64,000 nucleotides of DNA from Actinomycetes bacterium (GTDB lineage Bacteria; Actinomycetota; Actinomycetes; S36-B12), in NCBI GenBank assembly GCA_965227045.1, contig OZ245718.1, positions 154,291-218,290 of the forward strand, written 5' to 3'. The notes beneath the pieces are model-generated. The model was not told the DNA's origin and did not search any database. It was given only the letters and a program-made list of their open reading frames with translations. Position numbers and translations under genes: made by a program. Shown one piece after another: positions 14,916 through 24,918 of this stretch (the first letter of the stretch is position 1; each line of letters starts with the position of its first letter).

Positions 14916-16499
14916 ATGCCGCGCCCCGACGAGTTCCACGTCTTCGACACCACACTTCGCGACGGCGCCCAGCGCGAGGGCATCTCGTACTCCGTCAAGG
15001 ACAAGCTCGCGGTGGCGCGACTGCTCGACGACTACGGCGTGGGGTTCATCGAGGGTGGCTGGCCCGGCGCGATGCCGAAGGACACCGAGTTCTTCGAGCG
15101 TGCCCGCACGGAGCTGACCTTGCGCTCGGCGCAGCTGGTCGCCTTCGGCGCAACGCGCAAGGCGGGCGTCGACGTGCGTGAGGATGGCCAGGTTCGCGCT
15201 CTGCTCGAGTCAGGCGCGCCGGTCATCACGATCGTGGCGAAGTCCGATGTGCGCCATGTGTTCGAGGCGCTGCGCACGACTCTCGACGAGAACGTCGCGA
15301 TGGTCACCGACACGGTCGCGCATCTCGTCGCGGAGGGTCGTCGGGTGTTCGTCGACATGGAGCACTTCTTCGACGGGTACAAGCACGACCCGGACTACGG
15401 CGTTCGCCTGCTGATCGCAGCAGCCGAGGCCGGTGCCTCGGTCGGCGTGCTGTGCGATACCAACGGCGGGATGCTGCCGAGCGGAATCCACGCGACCGTC
15501 ACAGACGTGGCTGCTCGATCGGGAGTGCGCCTGGGCATCCACTGCCAGGACGACACGGGCTGCGCTGTCGCGAACACCGTCGCTGCGGTCGAGGCCGGCG
15601 CGACGCATGTTCAGGGCACGGCGAACGGCTATGGCGAGCGCACCGGCAATGCGGACCTGTTCGTCGTCGTGCCGAACCTGCAGCTGAAGCTGGGCATCGA
15701 CTGCGTGCCGGAGGAGAGCCTGCGCGAGACCGTGCGCATCTCGCATGCGATCGCCGAGATCGCGAACATCGCGCCGGACACCCACCAGCCGTACGCGGGG
15801 ACGTCCTCGTTCGCGCACAAGGCTGGGCTGCACGCGAGTGCCTTGAAGGTCAACGCCGAGCTCTACAACCACATCGATCCTGCTGTGGTCGGTGGCGATC
15901 AGCGGATCCTCGTCACGGAGATGGCCGGCCGCGCGTCGGTTGAGCTGAAGGGGCTGGAACTCGGCTACGACCTCTCGTCGGACGCGGCCCTTGTCGGACG
16001 AGTCGTCGATCGCGTGAAGGACCTCGAGTCTCAGGGCTGGACTTTCGAGGCGGCCGACGCGTCGTTCGAGCTGATGCTGCTGTCGGAGGGTGGAGCGGAG
16101 AAGCACTTCCAGGTCGAGTCCTGGCGAACGATCGTCGATCAGGCCGCAGACGGGACGGTGAGCAGCGAGGCCACCGTCAAGGTGCACGCTGCCGGGGAGC
16201 GAATCATCTCCACGGCGGAGGGCAACGGCCCGGTCAACGCACTCGACAATGCGCTCCGCGGTGCGGTCTCGCAGATCTACCCGGCAATGGAGACATGGCA
16301 CCTGGTCGACTACAAGGTGCGCATCCTCGACGCGGGCAAGGGCACGGGTGCCGTGACACGGGTGCTCGTCGGCACGAGCGACGGAGTCGACGACTGGTCG
16401 ACCGTCGGGGTCCACGAGAACGTCATTGCCGCCTCGTGGATGGCGCTTGAGGATGCGGTCAACTTCGGGCTGCTTAAGGCCCTGGCCGAGGGCAGGTAG
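14916..16499 (+). CDS. cimA: Citramalate synthase
   Basis: DTTLRDGAQREG, EGGWPGA, EHFFDG, LCDTNGG, HKAGLH, FEAADASFEL. Confidence 0.93.
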   Translation: MPRPDEFHVFDTTLRDGAQREGISYSVKDKLAVARLLDDYGVGFIEGGWPGAMPKDTEFFERARTELTLRSAQLVAFGATRKAGVDVREDGQVRALLESGAPVITIVAKSDVRHVFEALRTTLDENVAMVTDTVAHLVAEGRRVFVDMEHFFDGYKHDPDYGVRLLIAAAEAGASVGVLCDTNGGMLPSGIHATVTDVAARSGVRLGIHCQDDTGCAVANTVAAVEAGATHVQGTANGYGERTGNADLFVVVPNLQLKLGIDCVPEESLRETVRISHAIAEIANIAPDTHQPYAGTSSFAHKAGLHASALKVNAELYNHIDPAVVGGDQRILVTEMAGRASVELKGLELGYDLSSDAALVGRVVDRVKDLESQGWTFEAADASFELMLLSEGGAEKHFQVESWRTIVDQAADGTVSSEATVKVHAAGERIISTAEGNGPVNALDNALRGAVSQIYPAMETWHLVDYKVRILDAGKGTGAVTRVLVGTSDGVDDWSTVGVHENVIAASWMALEDAVNFGLLKALAEGR

Positions 16500-16508
16500 G
16501 GTCCGGTC

Positions 16509-17270
16509 GTGCGCGTATGCCGGGTGTCTGTCGATGACGAGCTGTACTTCGGCGTGATCGAGAACGACGCGGTCGCGCTGCTGACCGGTCACCCCTTCGG
16601 GGACTTTGCTCCCGAAGGGCGGGTTCTTCGACTGGACGACGTCCGGCTGGTTGCCCCGGTGCTGCCCAGCAAGATCATCGCGGTGGGCAAGAACTACGCC
16701 GCGCATGCCCGGGAGATGGGCAGCGAGGTGCCCGCCGCACCGCTGATCTTCCTCAAGCCGAGCACCTCGGTCATCGGCCCGGGCGAGCCGATCTCCCTGC
16801 CGTGGCAGAGCGAGCACGTCGAGCACGAGGCCGAACTCGCAGTGGTCATCGGCCGGCTGTGCCGCGACGTTCCCGAGGAGCGCGTTCCCGAGGTCGTGTT
16901 CGGCTACACGTGCGCGAACGATGTCACTGCTCGTGACCTGCAGGCCAGCGACGGGCAGTGGACCAGGGCCAAGGGATTCGACACGTTCTGCCCGCTGGGC
17001 CCGTGGATCGAGACCGACCTCGAGCTCGACGACCTCGCAGTCGAGTGCACGGTCAATGGTCAGGTGAGGCAGTCCGGAACGACCGCGGAGATGGTCCGTG
17101 ATGTCGCCGAGCTCGTGTCGTGGATCAGCAGTGTCATGACCTTGCTTCCCGGCGACGTGATCCTCACCGGCACTCCCGCCGGCGTGGGACCCATTGCCGC
17201 GGGCGACGAGGTTTCGGTCTCGATTGCCGGCATCGGCACGCTGACGAATCCGGTGGTTGATCGTGACTGA
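16509..17270 (+). CDS. Fumarylacetoacetate hydrolase family protein
   Basis: [52 protein letters not shown]. Confidence 0.93.
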   Translation: MRVCRVSVDDELYFGVIENDAVALLTGHPFGDFAPEGRVLRLDDVRLVAPVLPSKIIAVGKNYAAHAREMGSEVPAAPLIFLKPSTSVIGPGEPISLPWQSEHVEHEAELAVVIGRLCRDVPEERVPEVVFGYTCANDVTARDLQASDGQWTRAKGFDTFCPLGPWIETDLELDDLAVECTVNGQVRQSGTTAEMVRDVAELVSWISSVMTLLPGDVILTGTPAGVGPIAAGDEVSVSIAGIGTLTNPVVDRD

Positions 17271-18747
17271 GAGCATCCGCGTCCGCTTCTGCCCGTCGCC
17301 GACCGGCAATCCGCACGTCGGCATGGTGAGAACGGCGCTGTTCAACTGGGCCTACGCGCGGCACACCGGCGGCACCTTCGTGTTCCGCATCGAGGACACC
17401 GACGCGGCTCGTGACAGCGAGGAGTCATACGAATCGCTGCTCGGCGCACTGCGGTGGCTTGGGCTCGACTGGGACGAAGGCCCCGAGGTGGGCGGCGACT
17501 TCGGTCCGTACCGGCAGTCCGAGCGCATGGCGATCTATGCCGACGTGGCCGCACGACTACGGTCCGGCGGATTCGCGTACGACTGCTACTGCTCGACCGC
17601 CGAGCTCGATGAGCGTCGCGAGCGCGCGATGGCCGAGAAGCGCCCACCGGGATACGACGGTCACTGCAGGTCCTTGACCGACGAGCAGACCTCGGCCTAC
17701 CGGGCCGAAGGGCGACAGCCGGTACTTCGGCTCCGCATGCCGGACAGCGACTCGACCTGGGACGATCTGGTGCGCGGTCCGATCACGTTCGCCGCAGACC
17801 AGGTGCCGGATTACGTGCTGGTCCGCGCCAACGGCGATCCGCTCTACACGCTCGTCAATCCTGTTGACGACGCGCTGATGCGCATCACCCACGTCCTGCG
17901 CGGTGAGGATCTGCTGTCGTCGACCCCGCGGCAGCTGGCCTTGTATGCGGCGCTCGCGCAGATCGGCGTCAGCGATGGCAGCACCCCGCGCTTCGGCCAC
18001 CTGCCCTACGTCATGGGGGAGGGCAACAAGAAGCTGTCGAAGCGTGATCCGGAGTCCTCGCTGCAGTGGTACCGCGACGAGGGCTACCTGCCCGAGGCAT
18101 TGCTCAACTACCTCGCCCTGCTCGGCTGGTCGATGGGGGAGGACCGCGAGTTCTTCAGTAAGGATGAGATGGCTGGCGCCTTCACCTTGGATCGCGTCAG
18201 CCCGAACCCCGCGCGCTTCGACCTCAAGAAGTGTACAGCCATCAACGGCGACTGGATCAGGACGCTCACGCCGGCCGACCTTGCGACCCGGATCATTCCC
18301 TTCCTCGCCCGAGCCGGGGTTGTGGGGGAGACCCCGACGGACTCGCAGCTCGCCGTGCTCGCCGCGGGAGTTCCGCTGATCCAGGAGCGGATGGACACGC
18401 TGTCGCAGTCGGTCGGCATGCTCGGTTTCCTCCTGGTCTCCGAGGCTGACTTCACGCGCGACGAGGGCGACGTTGCCGCGATGCTCACGGCCGAGTCGAT
18501 CCCCGTGCTGGACGCTTCGATCGCCGCGCTCGACGACCTCGTCGACTGGAACGCCGAGGCGATCGAGGCGACTCTTCGCAAGGCCCTCATCGAGGGCCTT
18601 GGCCTGAAGCCGAAGGTCGCGTTCGGGCCGCTGCGCGTGGCGGTATCGGGCCGCCGCATCTCGCCTCCGCTGTTCGAATCCCTGGAAATCCTGGGCCGCG
18701 ACAGCACGCTTGCCCGGCTGGGAGGCGCGCGCGAGGAGGCCGTCTGA
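17263..18747 (+). CDS. gltX: Glutamate--tRNA ligase
   Basis: [39 protein letters not shown]. Confidence 0.97.
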   Translation: MTESIRVRFCPSPTGNPHVGMVRTALFNWAYARHTGGTFVFRIEDTDAARDSEESYESLLGALRWLGLDWDEGPEVGGDFGPYRQSERMAIYADVAARLRSGGFAYDCYCSTAELDERRERAMAEKRPPGYDGHCRSLTDEQTSAYRAEGRQPVLRLRMPDSDSTWDDLVRGPITFAADQVPDYVLVRANGDPLYTLVNPVDDALMRITHVLRGEDLLSSTPRQLALYAALAQIGVSDGSTPRFGHLPYVMGEGNKKLSKRDPESSLQWYRDEGYLPEALLNYLALLGWSMGEDREFFSKDEMAGAFTLDRVSPNPARFDLKKCTAINGDWIRTLTPADLATRIIPFLARAGVVGETPTDSQLAVLAAGVPLIQERMDTLSQSVGMLGFLLVSEADFTRDEGDVAAMLTAESIPVLDASIAALDDLVDWNAEAIEATLRKALIEGLGLKPKVAFGPLRVAVSGRRISPPLFESLEILGRDSTLARLGGAREEAV

Positions 18748-18810
18748 GTCCGCAGTCGGCCTGTGTCTATACTTTTCCAGCCAGCGATGGTGTCGAGTGA
18801 TCGGCAGCCA

Positions 18811-18882
18811 TGGGGTATGGGGTAATTGGCAGCCCAACTGATTCTGGTTCAGTTAGTCTAGGTTCGAGTCCTGGTACCCCAG
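18811..18882 (+). tRNA. tRNA-Gln(CTG)
   Basis: Acceptor stem TGGGGTA/TACCCCA, anticodon arm ACTGA-TTCTGGT-TCAGT, GTTCGAGTC T-loop; CCA not encoded; upstream -10 TATACT at 18768-18773. Confidence 0.96.
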
Positions 18883-18950
18883 CGATACGCGGTCGCATAC
18901 GTGCGACCGTTTGTCATGCAGGGAAGAGTTGCTTGACGAAAATCAGCTAG

Positions 18951-19023
18951 GGCCCCGTTGTGTAGTGGCCTAGCACGCCGCCCTCTCAAGGCGGTAGCGC
19001 GGGTTCGAATCCCGTCGGGGCTA
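18951..19023 (+). tRNA. tRNA-Glu(CTC)
   Basis: Acceptor stem GGCCCCG/CGGGGCT, anticodon arm CCGCC-CTCTCAA-GGCGG, GTTCGAATC; CCA not encoded. Confidence 0.96.
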
Positions 19024-19029
19024 CGTGAG

Positions 19030-19060
19030 AAGGGCCCAGGTCATCGACCTGGGCCCTTTC
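19030..19060 (+). terminator. Terminator hairpin after the tRNA pair
   Basis: AAGGGCCCAGGTC-atc-GACCTGGGCCCTT-tc. Confidence 0.8.
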
Positions 19061-19082
19061 GTATGTCGAGGGAAGGTGGGCC

Positions 19083-20501
19083 ATGAGGACCGTGAGCTAC
19101 GGCACCGGGCCTGGCCGGTGGGTGCTCCTCGCCACGATTCTCGGCTCGGGACTGGCCGGCGTCGACGCCACCGTCGTGAACGTCGCGCTGCCGGCGATCG
19201 GGGATTCGCTGAATGTGGACTTCGAGGTACTCCAATGGACGATCACGGCGTACACGCTGACCCTGGCGTCCCTGATCCTCCTCGGTGGTGCGCTCGGTGA
19301 CCGCTACGGCCGGCGCAAGGTGTTCGTCATCGGCGTCGTCTGGTTCGCCCTCGCATCAATGCTGTGCGGCGCGGCCCCGACCGCAGGGTGGCTGATCGCC
19401 GCCCGCGCCCTCCAAGGTGTCGGCGCAGCGCTCCTCACGCCCGGGAGCCTGGCAATCATCCAGGCGACCTTCGCTCCCCACGACCGGGCGCGAGCGATCG
19501 GCGCATGGTCGGGGTTCGGCGCGATCGCGACGGCCATCGGCCCGCTGGTCGGGGGCTGGCTGATTCTGGCCGCGTCATGGCGCTGGGTATTCATCATCAA
19601 CATCCCGCTGTCGGTGGTCGTCGTCATCGTGGCCGTCCGGCACATCCCCGAGACTCGAAATCCGGCCGCGGCCAGACGCATCGACCTCTGGGGCGCGATC
19701 CTCGCGCTGATCGGACTTGCTGGGGTGACCTACGCGATCATCGCGATCCCCGCGAACGGCATCGGCTCCGCCCAGGTGCTCGTGTCCGGCGTGGTCGGTG
19801 TCGTCGCGCTGATCGGCTTCGTGATCGCCGAGGGGCACGTCCACCATCCGATGCTGCCCTTGTCGATGTTCGCATCGCGGCAGTTCAGCGCGGCGAACGT
19901 CTTCACCTTCCTGGTCTACGCGGCACTGAGCGGAGTGTTCTTCCTGCTCGCGGTGCAGCTGCAGGTCGTGTCCGGGTTCTCACCAGTCGGCGCAGGAATG
20001 GCCCTGCTTCCCGTGACCGTGGTCATGCTGCTGCTGTCGGCTAAAGCGGGCGAGGTCGCGCAGCGGATCGGTCCGCGCCTTCCCATGACGGTCGGATCGG
20101 GGATCTGCGTCGTCGCGACGCTCCTCATGCGCTCGATCGGACCCGACGCGCAATACGCGACAGACGTCCTTCCGTCAGTCACGCTGTTCGGGCTCGGGCT
20201 CGCATTCCTTGTCGCACCGCTGACCGCGACCGTGCTCGCGGCCGCCGATACCGGACTTGCCGGCATCGCATCCGGCGTCAACAACGCGGTGGCGCGTGCC
20301 GCGGCGCTGATCGCCGTGGCGGCACTGCCGGTACTGGGCGGGATTTCGGGCGACGCGTACAACGACGCCACGTCCTTCAACGCCGGATTCCAGACCGGGA
20401 TGCTCTACGCAGCAGCGCTGCTGGCCGCCGGCTCGGTGATCGCCGTGACCCTTATCCGCCACGACCTGACCGAGGCGGACGCGGAGGACTCCGCGTCGTA
20501 G
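19083..20501 (+). CDS. MFS drug:H+ antiporter (DHA2-like)
   Basis: DATVVNVALP, motif A GALGDRYGRR, RALQGVG, GPLVGG. Confidence 0.92.
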   Translation: MRTVSYGTGPGRWVLLATILGSGLAGVDATVVNVALPAIGDSLNVDFEVLQWTITAYTLTLASLILLGGALGDRYGRRKVFVIGVVWFALASMLCGAAPTAGWLIAARALQGVGAALLTPGSLAIIQATFAPHDRARAIGAWSGFGAIATAIGPLVGGWLILAASWRWVFIINIPLSVVVVIVAVRHIPETRNPAAARRIDLWGAILALIGLAGVTYAIIAIPANGIGSAQVLVSGVVGVVALIGFVIAEGHVHHPMLPLSMFASRQFSAANVFTFLVYAALSGVFFLLAVQLQVVSGFSPVGAGMALLPVTVVMLLLSAKAGEVAQRIGPRLPMTVGSGICVVATLLMRSIGPDAQYATDVLPSVTLFGLGLAFLVAPLTATVLAAADTGLAGIASGVNNAVARAAALIAVAALPVLGGISGDAYNDATSFNAGFQTGMLYAAALLAAGSVIAVTLIRHDLTEADAEDSAS

Positions 20502-20506
20502 GTCGG

Positions 20507-21205
20507 TCAGCCCGCTACCGTCGAGAGCGCGCGCGCCGCATCGAGCAATGCTCGTGTCTGAGCACGCGTCGGCTGGCGCAGCCTGTCGATCGGACCGGAC
20601 ACGCTGACCGCGGCGATGACGTCGCCGGCCGAGTCGGTGACCGGCGCCGACATCGATCCGACACCGGGCTCTCGCTGGCCCAGGCTGTGCGACCAGCCGC
20701 GCTGACGGCATTCGGCAAGGTCGGCCTCCGTGAATGACGCGCCGCGCAGCGCTGCGGAACGTTCGTTGTCGGGCAGCCATGCGATGAGGACCTGGGCAGC
20801 AGATCCGGCCAACATCGTGAGCATCGCGCCCACCGGTACTCCGTCGCGCAGGCCCGACGCCGGCTCCGCCGCGGCCAGGCACTGACGCCTGTCGCCTTGA
20901 CGTCGGTAGACCTGCGCGCTGACCCCGGTTCTATCTCGCAGCTCGACGACGATGGGAGCAGCGAGTGCGCTCAGGGGATCGGCCTGGCCGCCCCACTCCA
21001 GCAGGCGAGACCCGATCGTGAACCGACCCTCGTCGTCGCGGGTCAGCAAGCCGTGCCGCTCGAGGGCTACAGCGAGCCGGTGCGCGGTCGGGCGGGAGAT
21101 CCCGGTCGCGTCCACGAGGTCGGCGAGTGAGGCGGGACTCCGGCTGGCGGCATCGAGAATGGCCACGGACTTGTCAATCACGCCGACTCCGCTAGTATCG
21201 TCCAT
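20507..21205 (-). CDS. IclR-family regulator (NdgR/LtbR-like)
   Basis: [38 protein letters not shown]-like motif, SVSGPIDR; divergent from leuC. Confidence 0.92.
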   Translation of the reverse strand: MDDTSGVGVIDKSVAILDAASRSPASLADLVDATGISRPTAHRLAVALERHGLLTRDDEGRFTIGSRLLEWGGQADPLSALAAPIVVELRDRTGVSAQVYRRQGDRRQCLAAAEPASGLRDGVPVGAMLTMLAGSAAQVLIAWLPDNERSAALRGASFTEADLAECRQRGWSHSLGQREPGVGSMSAPVTDSAGDVIAAVSVSGPIDRLRQPTRAQTRALLDAARALSTVAG

Positions 21206-21211
21206 GTAGTG

Positions 21212-21241
21212 ATATTGGCGTCTCATTATATGAGATGTCAA
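21212..21241 (-). promoter_or_regulatory. IclR promoter (TTGACA-18-CAATAT, leaderless) with palindromic operator TCTCAT-tat-ATGAGA
   Basis: -35 at 21241-21236, -10 at 21217-21212, ATG 6 nt downstream; perfect 6-bp inverted repeat at 21221-21235 inside the spacer. Confidence 0.78.
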
Positions 21242-21282
21242 GTGAACCGGAAGTCGCGCAGCATCAGCCGTCTGGAGGACTC

Positions 21283-22707
21283 ATGGCACGCACACTGGCG
21301 CAGAAGGTCTGGGAGGACCACGTCGTACGACATGCGGAAGGCGAGCCCGATCTGCTGTACATCGACCTTCACCTCGTGCACGAGGTGACGAGCCCGCAGG
21401 CCTTCGACGGACTGCGGTCCTCGGGCCGTCCGGTGCGTCGCCCCGACCTCACGTTGGCGACCGAGGATCACAACACCCCTACCGAGAACATCCTGCTGCC
21501 GATCGTCGATCCGATCTCGCGTGCGCAGATCGAGGCCCTGCGCATCAACTGCGCGGAGTTCGGCGTTCCCGTGTACTCGCTCGGCAACATCGAGCAGGGC
21601 ATCGTGCACGTTGTCGGCCCGCAGTTGGGCCTGACCCAGCCCGGCATGACCGTCGTGTGCGGTGACTCCCACACCTCGACGCACGGCGCGTTCGGCGCTC
21701 TTGCCTTCGGCATCGGGACCAGCGAGGTCGAGCACGTGCTCGCCACGCAAACGCTGCCGCTGAAGCCCTTCAAGACCATGGCCATCACCGTCGAGGGCGA
21801 ACTGCCGGTCGGAGTCAGTGCGAAGGACGTGACCCTCGCGGTCATCGCCAAGATCGGCACCGGCGGTGGCCAGGGCTACGTGCTCGAGTACCGCGGCTCG
21901 GCCATCCGGTCGCTGTCGATGGAAGGCCGCATGACGCTGTGCAACATGTCGATCGAGGCCGGCGCGCGCGCGGGCATGGTCGCCCCCGACGAGAAGACCT
22001 TCGAGTATCTGAAGGGCCGTCCGCACGCACCGGTTGGCGCCGACTGGGATGCCGCGGTCGCCTACTGGCGGACGCTGCCGACAGATGCCGATGCGGTCTT
22101 CGACGCGGAGGTCGTCCTCGACGCCACGGAGCTGAGCCCGTTCGTGACCTGGGGAACCAATCCCGGCCAGGGCCTGCCGCTCACCGGGAACGTGCCGCTG
22201 CCGGACGATGCCCGCGACGATGTCGAGCGGGTCGCGATCGAGCGCGCGCTGGAGTATATGGATCTCACAGCGGGCATGCCGCTGACGGACATCGAGGTCG
22301 ACATCGTGTTCGTCGGCTCGTGCACCAATGGCCGGATCGAGGACCTGCGCGCGGTTGCCGAGGTGCTCAAGGGACGTCAGGTCAGCGAGTCGGTGCGCAT
22401 GCTCGTCGTCCCCGGCTCGGTCCGGGTGAAGATGCAGGCCGAGCAGGAGGGACTCGACGAGATCTTCGTCGCGGCCGGCGCCGAGTGGCGGGAGGCGGGC
22501 TGCTCGATGTGCCTGGCGATGAATCCGGACAAGCTTGCTCCCGGACAGCGCAGCGCGTCGACGTCCAATCGCAACTTCGAAGGCCGTCAGGGACCCGGTG
22601 GTCGCACCCACCTCGTCTCACCGGCCGTCGCCGCAGCCACCGCGGTAACCGGGCACCTCACCGCGCCCGCGGACCTCGCGCCCGCTGACCTCGTATCTGT
22701 CGCCTGA
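21283..22707 (+). CDS. leuC: 3-isopropylmalate dehydratase large subunit
   Basis: [48 protein letters not shown]; SD GGAGGA before ATG 21283. Confidence 0.97.
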   Translation: MARTLAQKVWEDHVVRHAEGEPDLLYIDLHLVHEVTSPQAFDGLRSSGRPVRRPDLTLATEDHNTPTENILLPIVDPISRAQIEALRINCAEFGVPVYSLGNIEQGIVHVVGPQLGLTQPGMTVVCGDSHTSTHGAFGALAFGIGTSEVEHVLATQTLPLKPFKTMAITVEGELPVGVSAKDVTLAVIAKIGTGGGQGYVLEYRGSAIRSLSMEGRMTLCNMSIEAGARAGMVAPDEKTFEYLKGRPHAPVGADWDAAVAYWRTLPTDADAVFDAEVVLDATELSPFVTWGTNPGQGLPLTGNVPLPDDARDDVERVAIERALEYMDLTAGMPLTDIEVDIVFVGSCTNGRIEDLRAVAEVLKGRQVSESVRMLVVPGSVRVKMQAEQEGLDEIFVAAGAEWREAGCSMCLAMNPDKLAPGQRSASTSNRNFEGRQGPGGRTHLVSPAVAAATAVTGHLTAPADLAPADLVSVA

Positions 22708-22723
22708 ATCGAGCGGAGAAGTC

Positions 22724-23320
22724 ATGGAATCGTTCGTCGTTCACACTGGAACTGCAGTCCCGTTGCGTCGCAGCAACGTCGACACCGACCAGATCATCCC
22801 CGCGGAGTACCTCAAGCGGATCACCCGACACGGGTTCGAGGACGGGCTGTTCAGCGCCTGGCGCAAGGATCCGGATTTCGTCCTGAACAGCCCCGACTAC
22901 GCCGGCGCGACGATCCTCATCGCCGGACCGGACTTCGGCACCGGGTCGTCCCGCGAGCACGCCGTATGGGCGTTGCAGGACTACGGGTTCAAGGTCGTGC
23001 TGTCGGCGCGCTTCGCGGACATCTTCCGCGGCAACTCCGGCAAGGGTGGCCTGCTCACCGCGCAATTGCCCCAGGAGGCGATCGAGGCCCTTTGGGAGGC
23101 GATCGAGGCCAATCCGTCGCTCCCCGTCACCGTGGACCTCGAGCGCCGCGAGGTGAGGGCGGGCGACCTCGTCGCACCCTTCGAGGTCGACGACTACGTG
23201 CGCTGGCGCCTGATGGAGGGGCTCGACGATGTGGGCATCACGATGCAAAGCGAGCCCGAGATCACGAGCTTCGAGAAGGCCCGTCCGGCGTTCAAGCCGA
23301 CGACCACCTCGGTGACGTAG
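22724..23320 (+). CDS. leuD: 3-isopropylmalate dehydratase small subunit
   Basis: [31 protein letters not shown]. Confidence 0.97.
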   Translation: MESFVVHTGTAVPLRRSNVDTDQIIPAEYLKRITRHGFEDGLFSAWRKDPDFVLNSPDYAGATILIAGPDFGTGSSREHAVWALQDYGFKVVLSARFADIFRGNSGKGGLLTAQLPQEAIEALWEAIEANPSLPVTVDLERREVRAGDLVAPFEVDDYVRWRLMEGLDDVGITMQSEPEITSFEKARPAFKPTTTSVT

Positions 23321-23480
23321 GTCACTATCTGCAACGATTCCGGTGACCGTGTGCAACTGTGAATTGTGTTGCAGGGCAACGGATTCACCGGCGCGCCATT
23401 TCGCGCGCGTGCGGTGTCGGAGGTAGGTTTGCGTTACCGGCCGACCGGCCGGCTCTACCACCCTCCGGAGGGGTTTTCCT

Positions 23481-23966
23481 GTGAACAAGGCAGAACTGAT
23501 TGACGCGGTGGCTGCGCGCTTCGCACTGAGCAAGCGTGAGGTCACCGAGATCGTCGAGGCTTTCCTCGACGAGACCAAGAAGGCCGTCGTGCGCGGCGAG
23601 AAGGTTGCCGTGAGTGGCTTCGGCGTGTTCGAGAGCCAGGCACGTAAGGCTCGCCTGGGCCGCAACCCCCGCACCGGCGAGACCGTGAAGATCAAGGCCA
23701 CCAAGCTTCCGAAGTTCCGCCCGGGTGCGGAGTTCAAGGCTGTCGTGTCAGGCGCGAAGAAGATCGTTGCCAAGGCTCCCGCCAAGAAGGCTGCGCCCGT
23801 GAAGAAGGCGGCACCGGCCAAGAAGGCTGCGCCCGTGAAGAAGGCCGCTCCGGCCAAGAAGGCGGCACCGGTCAAGAAGGCTGCGCCCGTGAAGAAGGCC
23901 GCTCCGGCCAAGAAGGCGGCACCGGTCAAGAAGGCCCCGGCCAAGAAGGCTGTTGCCAAGAAGTAG
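23481..23966 (+). CDS. hupB: HU-family nucleoid protein with PAKK tail (HupB/HupS type)
   Basis: MNKAELID, GFGVF, GRNPRTGE, then (PAKKAAPVKKAA)n. Confidence 0.93.
   Translation: MNKAELIDAVAARFALSKREVTEIVEAFLDETKKAVVRGEKVAVSGFGVFESQARKARLGRNPRTGETVKIKATKLPKFRPGAEFKAVVSGAKKIVAKAPAKKAAPVKKAAPAKKAAPVKKAAPAKKAAPVKKAAPVKKAAPAKKAAPVKKAPAKKAVAKK
23770..23963 (+). repeat. 18/36-nt tandem repeats encoding P[AV]KKAA
   Basis: Repeated ccggccaagaaggctgcgcccgtgaagaagg units. Confidence 0.9.
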
Positions 23967-23992
23967 CGTCCTCCGCGCGAAACCGCGTCGCT

Positions 23993-24024
23993 CGAAGCCC
24001 CTCACCGATTGGTGGGGGGCTTCG
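23993..24024. terminator. Hairpin between convergent hupB and cofC
   Basis: CGAAGCCCCTCACC-gatt-GGTGGGGGGCTTCG. Confidence 0.75.
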
Positions 24025-24047
24025 TCGTGTTCAGTTCCTGCTCGGCG

Positions 24048-24869
24048 CTACGGCAGTCCGATGACCGTCGAGCTGCCCAGGTCGAGAACGAGTCGTTGCC
24101 CGGGTCGGACCTCGCGAAAGCCAGCGGCAGCAACGGATTCCCAGCCGATGGTGTGACGTCGGCCCTGCTCGTCCGCGACCTCCAATGCGCCCGTGTCGGT
24201 GGTGCGGAGCGCGGTGACGATGGTGAGCACTGCGGGCGCCAGTGCCGCGAGAGTGTGAGCGCCGACGCCCAGGCCCACCGCACGCGCGAGGTCGTCGTCA
24301 GTGTCGACATCACGTCGGGCCGGGGCGATTACCGATCCGAGGGTGGTCGCCGCAAGATCCGCAGCACCGCTGCGACGGTGGGCAGCAGCGGAGTCCGGAC
24401 CGAACTGCGAGTCGATGCCCGAGCCCGTCGACCGGAGCCACATCGTCGTCCCGGTCCCGTCCGCATCCGCGAGGAATGCGGTGGGGTGTGCCTCCCGCAG
24501 GGCGACGTCGAGGAGCGCGGTCATCGCATCTGGCGTCAGGCACGGCAGGTCGGAGACCATCACCGCCACGGGCGCTTTCGCACCGGTACTCGCCGCGGCC
24601 CAGGCGGCCGCGGCATTGATGCCCGGGTGCCCACCATCGTCGACGACAGTGCAGCCGCTGTCCGCGGCGATGGTGCTGATCACCTGGTCAGAGGTGACCA
24701 CGATCACCGCGCCAACGCGCGGGGACGCAACCACGGCCGCAAGGCAGTCGCGGAAGAAGGCCAGGGCCAAGGCGCCCCGTCGGCCCTCGGGATCCAGCCG
24801 GGTCTTCGCCAGGTCGAGGGATTTCACCGGCAGGACCACTGTCCACGGGGAGTCCGGAAGGAGTGCCAC
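24048..24869 (-). CDS. cofC: 2-phospho-L-lactate/PEP guanylyltransferase (F420 biosynthesis) with a C-terminal extra domain
   Basis: VVLPVKSLDLAKTRL, GINAA, SDLPCL, DADGTGT, FGPDSAAAH, RRDVDTDDDL; start uncertain (GTG 24869). Confidence 0.88.
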   Translation of the reverse strand: MALLPDSPWTVVLPVKSLDLAKTRLDPEGRRGALALAFFRDCLAAVVASPRVGAVIVVTSDQVISTIAADSGCTVVDDGGHPGINAAAAWAAASTGAKAPVAVMVSDLPCLTPDAMTALLDVALREAHPTAFLADADGTGTTMWLRSTGSGIDSQFGPDSAAAHRRSGAADLAATTLGSVIAPARRDVDTDDDLARAVGLGVGAHTLAALAPAVLTIVTALRTTDTGALEVADEQGRRHTIGWESVAAAGFREVRPGQRLVLDLGSSTVIGLP

Positions 24870-24918
24870 GCGAGTATCCAACCGCGGGCTACCCTCGACG
24901 AAGTCGGAGGGAGTGGGC

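Noticed and set aside
18811-20501. Genomic island integrated at the tRNAs
   Set aside because: No integrase and no duplicated tRNA 3' end seen; only a single MFS gene with host-like composition
23770-23963. Tandem repeats as a possible CRISPR array
   Set aside because: In-frame coding repeats of the HupB PAKK tail; no unique spacers and no cas genes
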